From Raja brachyura (Eukaryota): a DNA stretch of 64,000 bases. The translations under genes were made by a program, and so were the position numbers. The stretch's first letter is position 1, and each line of letters starts with the position of its first letter. The notes under the pieces are model-generated. The model searched no databases, was not told where the DNA came from, and worked only from the letters and a program-made list of their open reading frames with translations. Where the stretch lies: contig OY740821.1 in assembly GCA_963514005.1 (NCBI GenBank), forward strand, positions 13,268,001 through 13,332,000, in the 5' to 3' direction. Shown here piece by piece: positions 54,202-64,000 of the stretch.

Positions 54202-55918
54202 TAGAACAGAGTGTTCACCTTTAACTAAGACATAAAAAAGAGATATTTGTTCATTTATTGTTTGTTGAACTTGCTCTTCCCAAATTAACGAGAGCACTTG
54301 AAAGCAATTTATTGATTTCAAGCCATCTTGGAACATACTCAGCGTTTGAGGTATGGGGCTCGATCAATAAGACCATACCAGCATCATTACATTTTATCTC
54401 ATTAAAAAAATGTGCTTTCTTAAAAAAGGTTTAATCATATTTTCTGCAAATTTTGTGGTCCGAGAGGAGTTGAAAAACTACCAAGCAGCATTCAGTTCCA
54501 TTGTAAAAGCAATGCGATGGAGTTAGGCTACATTTTAACAATAGAGTTGTCCTATAAACCTTTTGTTGCAACCTGCCTGACTTGTGTTAAGATGAATAAA
54601 GGAATTCTCACCAAGATCTTTTGCATACTTTTTTGCGATATTGGTAAATACCTCTCTGTAAAAGTATTTCGCCATCAAGCAATCTGTTCCTTTTTTTTCA
54701 TACTAAGTAACAGCCTCAATATTCCACGAATCTGAAAATAAATGTTTGACAGATTTGCCTTCTTTGTATGGCACCTGCCTGGGTAACTGAGAACAGGTTT
54801 CAGAGAATGAATTTGTGTTCAGCAGTCAAGCAATTTGCACTGAACAAAGGACAAATTAGACAAATAAACAGGTAATCTGTACTTTTCACTTTAGGTTCAA
54901 ATATTCACCAAGGCACTGAGAGAAGCACCTATTTCTTCTTCTAGTGATGCCATAAGATATTTAATATCCACCTGATCAGGACTTCACAAAGGGTGGCACC
55001 TCAGACAATGCTGCACTATAATGTTAGACTAGGTCATGTACTCGATTCTTTGATTTTGGGCTTGAATTCACAAATTTTAGTTAGAAGCCAAGTTATAATC
55101 GCAAAACCAAGGTTGTCACGAGTTTGTTAGAAAACAAGTACTTTGATGATATCTTTCAATCCTCAACTACCTGCACAAACAAAAATGTGTTATTTCACTC
55201 CTTGTAAAGAAACACTTTGACTTAAGTTTATGCACTAGTGTGAAGATACCGAGTATCCAGTCTAGACAAAGTGTCCCGATCCAAAACATTGACTGTCCAT
55301 TTCTAGATGCTGCATGACCTGTAGAGTTCCTCCAGTAGCTGTTTTATTTTTGCTCGAGATTTCAGTATATTCATTCTCTTATGTCTCGACCTATAAATCA
55401 CAGTTGTGCAGTATCATGTCTGGATACTAACTTGCTGCTTCTTCTTATCGAGTCCACGCACAAGATCATAGGTAGTTCAGCCAGAGCTGAACACACTTCT
55501 TGGCATCACTAACTTGCTTATTCAGCTGCGCTCTAGCTATGATCTTTGATTCAGCCCCAGTCTGGCAGACAGAGAAGCACGCCCAATTTCCAACTTGATG
55601 CATGCACTAACCATGTTAATGGATGTGACAAACCATGTTACAGGCATGAGCCCTAATCGTATAGGTAGCAAGCTTCACTCTTTATTTTCCTTTGCAACTC
55701 TGTTCCGGTCACAGTTTGAATACAATGTTCAGTGTTGTTTGGCAAAGCACCAAGAAAACACCCGAAAATCGAGAAAGTGTGCAGAAGGGCACTACAGCAA
55801 TCCTTGAGACCAAGTAAAGAATCAAACAACTTAAAACTGTATCCTGATAAAAGATCTGCACTCCAAATTTTCTCTCTTTAATCTGCAAATGGTAGTGGAG
55901 TTGATGTGTCATTTTTCC

Positions 55919-56365
55919 TGTGAGACCAAGCGTAGGCTTGGCGATCGTTTCGCCGAACAACTCCGCTCGGTTCGCATTAACCAACCTGATCTCCTGGTGG
56001 CTCAGCACTTCAACTCCCCCTCCCATTCCGAATCCAACCTTTCTGTCCTGGGCCTCCTCCATGGCCAGAGTGAGCACCACCGGAAATTGGAGGAGCAGCA
56101 TCTCATATTCCGATTGGGCAGTCTGCACCCCAGCGGCTTGAACATTGACTTCTCCAATTTCCGTTAGCCCTTGCTGTCTCCTCCCCTCTCCCCTTCTCAG
56201 CTCTCCCTCAGCCCTCGGGCTCCTCCTCTTATTTTCTCCTTTCTTCTCCCCACCCACCCACCCTACATCAGTCTGAAGAAGGGTTTCGGCCTGAAACGTT
56301 GCCTATTTCCTTCGCTCCATAGATGCTGCTGCACCCACTGAGTTTCTCCAGCATTTTTGTCCACC
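55919..56365 (+). mobile_element. Penelope-like element 3' fragment (GIY-YIG endonuclease C-terminus plus terminal repeat with hammerhead core)
   Basis: ETKRRLGDRFAEQLRSV...AQHFNSPSH...LEEQHLIFRLGSLHPSGLN matches the end of PLE GIY-YIG domains. It is followed by a pyrimidine tract and CTGAAGAAGGGTTTCGGCCTGAAACGTT (56273-56300). Flanking duplication tgtcatttt(t)cc at 55907-55918 and 56366-56376. Confidence 0.85.
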
Positions 56366-59300
56366 TGTCATTTTCCACCCTAGTTTACTGTAACTCACCA
56401 CTTGCAATAGATTGTCCTTACCATTTGATAATGATATTGGTTTGGGATTACAATAGGTTATGGTTTTTCTGAGAGATTTTATACAACGATCAGAGCATGG
56501 AAGTATTGGGTTGAGACATGACTGCCGATTTAATGTTTCGTCTTAACCTATTTATTTGATGAAAAACATGTTATTAATATTGTGTTTTTCAAGACCAGGA
56601 TATCTGAAAATATTTGCAGCCAATTAAATATTTTTAATGTAGTTCCTGTTAAAATATATATGACATTGTTGGCAATTTGCATAGAGCAACATTTCACAAA
56701 CAGTAACATGATGACAATCAGACTGGTCTGTTATAGCGATATAAAAATAAAATGCTGAACAAAATGGAGACAAAGGGAAACTAAACTACACAAATGTGGT
56801 GGAGCTGGTTGAGAGGGTAACGAAGACTTCTTGGGAAGAGCTGTAAAAAGGAGATCAATGAGGTTGGAGGAGAGAGAGAGAGATACAGAAACTGTAGCAC
56901 AGTAACTACCTTGAGATCCAAAACTTTGCTGGCAATCTGAAATGAAAACATTCGCTGTAAAACACAGCAGGTTACGCAGTGATTTGCATAGAGAAAAATT
57001 GAGTTTGTTGACCTTGCATCAGAACTGGCCTGTTGTGACACAAACTGGAAAGGCTGGTTATCTGAAATCTCAAAAGCTGTAACATGCTGAATCAGAAGAT
57101 TGAGATTAACTGGAAAGGTGCAAGATACTAAAGATACAGAGTTCATGGATTGGAGAATTAAATCAATAAATGGATGTTGGTTGTAGAATAAATATTGGCT
57201 TGGGCATCGGGGGGGGGCAATATCCACCTGTGTAAACAGATTGCACCTTAGTTTAGTAGCTCACCCAAGATAATTACTGATCTCTCATACATTAAGAATA
57301 ACAGGCAAAGCATTTCCTTAATGAGGTAAACTTTAACATTGGTTTCAAAACAGAGGTTGTTTCAGAGAGTGAGCGTATCCTAGCAAGAATATTCTATATT
57401 CCTGGGGAATCCATTTGTATTTTGTACATTTTTTGAGATGTACACTCAACTACAACAGACAGGAAAAGCGTATTTAAGAGAAAATCTGCAGGTTGCGATC
57501 CCAATTTTGCTGCAGGATCCCCATGATAGTTTCAGAGGCAACAGAGTTCTCCTTAACTCTGCGCAACAGCCATACCTGGACCTCACTGATAAAGGTCGGT
57601 TCCAGCAATCAGAAAAAAAAATAGCATTACCAAAAGAACGTGGGGAAAATAAAGCAGAAATGAACGCAATACCTGTTAATAGATAAAGTAAATCATCATG
57701 CTATGTTTATGAAGGCGTCTCTAATCTAAATACATGCTATCTCTTCCCACAGCTGCAATATGGTAACAGAGATATTGAACAGTTGCATATTTATCACTCA
57801 AATGAAACAAACTTCATCAGTGCCATATGATAACAAACGAGAAACTAGTCTTTAATGTACATGTTTGTGTCTTAAAATGAAAACCATACTTTTATCACAG
57901 AGAGTCCAAGCAGAGCATTGCAACTATTTCCTAACATGAATTTCCTTTATTGACTCAAAGCACACCACACAAAATATGGTCCCTAGTTTGTGGTTGTGGG
58001 ATTCCTTAACAAAATTATTCTGCAGGGCAGCAGTCCTGCAATGTGTAGCATACTTGCCATGGAATCTGAAGGTAGTGGGTTCTTTCAACGGAAACATTGT
58101 ACTGCGGCTTTGTCTGTCCTTCAAAGTGGACATCAAATCTTCCATAGAACTATTTTAGGGAAACGCTGATGAGTTATTCTGCCGTGTTCCAGCCAATACT
58201 TACCTCTTAACCAACACCTTAAGAACAATTTACCTGGTTATTACCACGTTGCTTTGCTGTTTTCAAATTGACTGGCGTATTTCCTACAATTTGTGCTTTG
58301 CAATGTCCTGAGGTTATGCAGTTTTCAATTCTATTCAATGTGTTTATCTCTTGTTCTTCAAAGACAATTGTGGCTTTTATTGGGTTTTGAAAACTGGGAC
58401 AGCATTAAGCCTCCATGAAATCAGATTCATTTTCTGGATCAATAACATAGTTTGTCATGTGTGTTTTCGAAAGACACTGTTCAAAGGAAAAGATGCTTTT
58501 AAAATCCAGATATTTATTTGGGGATCTTCATTTTCATGTTTCACCATATGTGGGAACTAATAGAGTGCCTGTAGGTCTTCACTCTTCATCTAAATGCAGG
58601 CATTTACTTGGATACCAATGAAAAAAACATATTTTATTCATAAAGTTCATAGATTATCCAAGTGTGATTATGGTAATGTTTTCTATATTAAGCTGTTATT
58701 TGGTTTTGCATCCCCTTGTTCTTTAACTGTGCTTATATTTGATGAATTAGATAAAATCTAAATGCATTGGTCTCAGATTATGTTTTGCTGTCAGCAATTA
58801 TACAGATGCCCAATAAAGAGGGTTGCCATTAAGAAGAGATTAATTATTAAGCCTGGCCATGCTAGCCTACTCTGAGCTTTAACATGGACAAGTTTCAGTT
58901 TGTAAGGTTTGCTCAGTAATAAAGATCAGTTTGCTTATGAAAACTACCTTATGAACATGAAAATAAATATCAGAGGACAGAGTCCAAACTGTAAATAAAA
59001 TCAACAAATAATAAGCCTACCTCAGAAAATCTCTCTTTCAAATAGGAATTAAAAGTACATTGATTCTTTTTAGGGGGTGTATCCTTTAAGACACCATTTA
59101 AAAAAATCCCACCACTGGATGTGGACATCATCAGCAGGGCCAGCAATTACTCAATTACCCTTGAACTGAATCTCACAAGGCCATTTCAAAGGGCAGTTAA
59201 GAGTCAGTTACTACGAGTCAAGAGCCACATATTTTTAAGACTACCTCCCCTGATGGACCTGAGTGAACCAGCTGGGTTTTACGTGACTTCTATTTTTTTT

Positions 59301-60618
59301 TAAAGTTTTCACTTAATGGAATGGGTTGCTAGATGAGGTACTTGAGACAGATTATATAATAGCATTTAAAAGATACTTGGACAGGTACACGCATGGGAAA
59401 GGTTTAGAGGTATATGGGCCAAATGGGACGAGCTTAGATGGGGCATCCTGGATGGCATGGACAAGTTGGGCGAAAGGGTTTGTTTCCATGCAGCATGACT
59501 CCAAATGAGTTTTGTTATATGTTTATAAGTTATGGTTTGTTTTCTTGAAAATGGAAATAATTTGAATTCATTTAGCTTTGACATGTGTTTGATCCTGGGA
59601 AACATTCACAAACATTCTAAGTTTCTGATTAATTTAGCAGCCAGCTAAGCAAGGGGGTGGTAAATTGGCTAGTTATCAGTTTCTTTCTGGGGTATTTTGT
59701 TGGTAGAACCTATGCTGCCCCCATCCCACTTCCAAAGCCAAGGGTATTCACATATGTAGGGTCTTGTGACTATAATGAGGATCAGGTCAGAGCTCTGAGA
59801 CAAGTAGTGAAAAGGGTGGCAGATTTCTGTCCTTGAAGGACACAAATGAACCAGGCAGGTTTTCTTTCTACAATGTAGTAGTTTCATAATGACAATATCA
59901 GATTGAAGACATTTTTCCCCTGCAGATTTGTCCAACTGATTCTAAGTTCCAAACTACCACAATGGAACATGATCTGACTTCCAGATCCTTTGTCTTGTTT
60001 CTGGAATGCAAGTACTATGTCATCTGACCCCTGTTAGATGGCAAGCATACAAAGGGAGGCCAACCAGCTGTGTTCCAGGATAGTGAAGTCTCGTGCAAGG
60101 CATGGAAGAGCTCTCCGTACGTGAAATGTAATGTTCAGAATACTAAGCTGAAAAGCATAGGTCTAGAATTTCCTGCCAACAGTGAGCCACCCACAATCAC
60201 TTCTACTCCATAGATTTATCCTTTGCTGTGACCCTTGTGTCACTTTGATTCAAAATGTTGGGCTCATCCCTAATGATACATGCTGAGTGATGGCAAGACT
60301 CTGCAGGTGTTCATCCTGTATGGTTTGGAGGTTGAGTGGGGCAACACAAATTCTGCCAACAAAATGCCCAAGAAGGAACCAGGAGCTGTCAAAACTTTCG
60401 CAAGCTGTGAATGTCATTGACATTTAAAAATGTTAAATGCTAAAAAAAACACAGCAAACTAATACACTTAAACCATACATTTTTAACTTGTTGTGTTTAA
60501 TCGTTAACTGGGAAAGAGTCAGTAATTTACCTTCAGAATCCTGAACTTAGTGAGCTTTCCCACAAAGCACTTGTTTTGGCTTGTTCAGGAAAATCAATGT
60601 GGCTGCTGCACTTGATCA

Positions 60619-60813
60619 CTATCTAAAGTATTTTCCAAAATTGGCTTGGATGCTCAGTGAAGAGGAATCAGGCTTTGACGATGGCATTGCCGCAGCTGGG
60701 CGGGCAGCCAGCCAGTGCCGAGTGTCAAAATGCTCTTCTGATGAATGGCTGTCTGCAAAGTGCCAGAGCTCTCCCTGGAAATCATCGAGCTCTTCTCCAT
60801 CATGACTCAGCGT
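60619..60813 (-). CDS. Candidate last coding exon of an unidentified upstream gene (TLSHDGEELDDFQGELW...QANFGKYFR*)
   Basis: GC-raised, non-repetitive block. Good acceptor ttccccctctaatactgttcttcag|ACG. Only the phase-0 frame stays open (64 aa) to TAG. Donor-like GAAG|gtaaat at 60531/60530. I do not recognise the protein. Confidence 0.4.
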   Translation of the reverse strand, partial: TLSHDGEELDDFQGELWHFADSHSSEEHFDTRHWLAARPAAAMPSSKPDSSSLSIQANFGKYFR

Positions 60814-62444
60814 CTGAAGAACAGTATTAGAGGGGGAAGCAAGAGAAAGCAACCATTCGATTGTAATTGAAAGCTGATCAATGCTTAACAAAATTCTTTC
60901 ACAGATAAGCTGCAACAGCAAGGAGAAATCTTTTAATTTACTCGTTTAATTTACTTACCTTTCAGCATGGAATGAACAAAAACAATGTTTTAATGACTTA
61001 ACTGAAAGATTAAATTCCAACAAAAGCCGTAGTTTCAATTAGTGTCTTTCATGGATATTTTTCTACCTGTAATTATAACTTCACAAGACCTTTGTCTTTT
61101 AGTATAGTTATTTCCTTGAAATTTGTTCTACTTTCCCCCTCCATGAGTCTACTCTTAAATTATCCCATTCACATCCAGCACCTCACACTTAGCCACTGCC
61201 AGTTCTTTCCTTCATTGTTGATCCTTCCCTTATAAACCAGAGGTTGACCATCACAAGTTGTCTTTCACAAGAGCTCAACGTACAGCATTTTCATAAGCCA
61301 TTCTCGGCTAGTTTACGGTTTCCAGTTGATCCGAGTTATTATTTGTCACAGACTCTATTTGACTTGCAGAAGTCATGTTAGCAAATGAAGAAGACCGAAA
61401 GATAAAAATAAAAGCAAAGCAAATGAGATTGAAGTAAAATTATCAGCAAATTCTAAATTTGACTGGAACATTTTGGATACTTCAATTGTAACTCAGGGAC
61501 CAAAACATAACAGCAACCTCACTACCACAACTTGCATCTTTGAGAAAACACCCTAAGATGCATCGTAGGAGCATTATCAAAATACGTTCTGCCCACAAAC
61601 TTGAAAGAGGAACAGAAATTTAAGGAATAGATTATAGAGGTCGGGATCTTTCCAAGATGAAAGTACAGACACCAACGTTGGAACAATTAAAATCAGACTA
61701 AGCAACAGCCAAAACTGCAGGAGTGCAGATCACTCTAAGGGTTAGACTGGGGGAGATATCAGAGGAGAGGAAGAGAGGTTGGAAACATCTTCACTTAACA
61801 AGGAGCCAAGGGTGAATGGGACTTGGTGTAAGTTAGGCAGCAGTATTTTGGATTACCTTAAGGTAATGGAAAGTGGACATTTTACCTGCTCGTAGCTGGC
61901 CAGGAGCAGTTGGATCTCGTGGATACAAAAGATGTAATTGAGGGCTTCAGTCGTGGATGAGTTTGCATAGAAAATAGCCGCAGTTAAATGCTAAAAATCC
62001 TGTTCACAACATTGTTGATACGGAAAAGATTAGGGTAAACATTTACGATTATCACAAATGCTCAATGCAGTTTGTTCTGGGTGGAGCTGCATAACTAAAC
62101 AGGCGTGGGCAGAATTTGCAGATACGGCAAACCTGGAAAAGACCAAAAACACTGGAAGCACTCAATAGGTCCGGGGGTGATTGTAAAGAGGAATCTGTAT
62201 CTATGCGTCAACCTGTTGCTCAACTCAGCTTCTGGTTAAGACTCCACACCCAAAATGTAAATGTACTCGTTTTGTTTACCAGTGCTGCCTAAGTGTTTCC
62301 AGCATTTTTGTTCTTAAAGAATGGCATAAACAAAGAATAGCTCTTTTCCCCCTCATTCAAGGTAAATGTGGATTTCAGGATCCATCTTTGCAATTGCAGA
62401 TTGTGCAGGCTAAAGTAGTTTGTGCAATGTACAAAGTGGTCTAG

Positions 62445-62812
62445 TGTCGGGTGGTTCAAGAACCTGATGGTTGTTGGAAAGCAGCTGTTCTTGAACCCAG
62501 AGGTCACAGTTCTCAAGCTCCCGTTCATTCTTCCCAACAGTAGCAGCGAGGTTAGAGCGCGGCCAGGTTGGTGTGGGTTTTTGATAAATTTAGCTGCTTT
62601 CCTGTAGATCCCTTCACTGGTGGGGAGGTTAATACCACTGATGCACTGGTATAAATGTTCACCACTTTCTGCAACCTCCTTTGTTCTTGAGCATTCAAAT
62701 TACAGAACCGAGCAGTGATGCAACCAGTCAGTACACTCCCCAGCTGCAGAAGTTCAATTGCATATTTGGTGACATGCCAAATCTCCTCTAATGTCTGAGG
62801 AAGTAGAAGCGT
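62445..62812 (-). mobile_element. Decayed Rex1/Babar 3' fragment
   Basis: SVLTGCITARF.N...RRLQKVVN and FKNSCFPTTIRFLN motifs. Confidence 0.65.
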
Positions 62813-64000
62813 AGGCGATAATTTGCCAGTTATTCTTGGTAAACCTGACCGCGATTGTACGCAGTACAACTTTAGTCGTGCAAAGTTCATAGAAGACCAT
62901 TTTACGCAAAGAAAGATGAAATTGTGGGTGGTATCCCTATCTTATGACATCAAGCATGGCCGCCAATGGTGGCAAAATAAAAATAGGCGATACATGAGAG
63001 GGATCTGTGCCAGATGAGATAACAGAGATAGGGAGGGATGAGAGCAAAGTCTGTCTGGATAAGGTCTTGATGCTCAATTGAGCTAGGAGTGGCTTGGGAT
63101 AGTTAATTCTAAGAGCTACAAAGGCATGGATACATTAAAAAAATGCAGTTTATTAATAAAAGACTGAACAAAAAGATAAGGCATTCAAACATTCAATGAG
63201 TTCACCTTGTTTATCTGATCATCATTTTTGATTAATCTGAGCCTTTCAAACACAACCGCCCAGAGACAACAGGTGAATACTGATCACGTGACCTTAGCCT
63301 TGGGACAGGGATTCATTGTCCACTGTTCATTGTTCGTGGACATATTGCAAGCATGTTCCTCATAACAATCATTAGAATGCCACAACAGAAAGCATATAAA
63401 GAAAAAGTTTTGGTCAGGTTCCCAGACTTCGAGAAGGTTCTCTTATACTTTAAATAGCTGAGAATAGTCCGTGCCCCATTAAATTGATATGAAACAAACA
63501 TTGTGCATTATTCATTCATGGAATGTGGGTGTCACTGACTAGGTCAGCATTGCTTACCCAACTATAACTTCCCTTGAGCGGAGTGATTTGCGACTCATTT
63601 CAGAGAGTAGTTAAGGATTGCTGGGGTATGGAGTTCACAAATAGGACAGGAACTTAGAAACAGTAAATTTATTTCCTTAAACTTGAACCACAGTAGTAAA
63701 CAAGGTTGTTTTTTTTATGGCACCAGCAATTTCATTTTCACTGTTATTGATGCCAATTATTAATTTCAGTTCAATAATCTTGAATTCAAAGTTCTCAGCT
63801 GCTCTTCAGCTCACTAGTGCAGACAAAGCGTGTTTAAAATAAATAAATAAAGGGCAACTATAAAAGTACTACAAAAGTAATTGGGTAGGAAGTGCAATGG
63901 GAATGGATTAACTTTTAAAACAAACAGCTCTCAATCACCCTTAATGAAAAGGGAAGCCTCCAAAATGTTCTTTGCTTATCTCCAAAATTGAACCAAACCC

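Noticed and set aside
55709-56257. 182-aa minus-strand ORF
   Set aside because: It is the antisense shadow of the Penelope GIY-YIG fragment and its pyrimidine tract.
1-56365. Recurrent palindromic repeat as a CRISPR-like array
   Set aside because: The copies are dispersed, variable in length and orientation, flanked by TSDs and linked to GIY-YIG remnants. There are no regular spacers or cas genes, and the DNA is eukaryotic.
56781-57227. 148-aa minus-strand ORF
   Set aside because: No recognisable domain or coding-like composition, and it overlaps low-complexity and decayed repeat sequence.

Overview
AT-rich, repeat-dense vertebrate genomic DNA. The repeat types (V-SINE/HE1-like SINEs, CR1, Rex1/Babar and abundant Penelope-derived elements) suggest a cartilaginous fish such as a skate or ray; this is inference. 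The only securely identified gene is sulfite oxidase (SUOX) on the minus strand, with three coding exons (46124-46066, 42614-42422, 40957-39515; 564 aa) and a CpG-island promoter near 50.8-51.3 kb. A second CpG island at 24.6-25.3 kb looks like the promoter and non-coding first exon of an unidentified minus-strand gene that runs off the left edge. An orphan exon-like segment lies at 60.5-60.8 kb. The most interesting signal is a dispersed family of Penelope-like (GIY-YIG) retroelement remnants and short non-coding derivatives. They carry a minimal hammerhead-ribozyme core (CTGANGA-stem-GAAAC-GTC), usually have target-site duplications and often form inverted repeats. One copy with two opposed hammerhead cores sits in the probable SUOX 3' UTR. 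No CRISPR, rRNA, tRNA or prokaryotic system is present. All coordinates were read by eye, and repeat boundaries are approximate.
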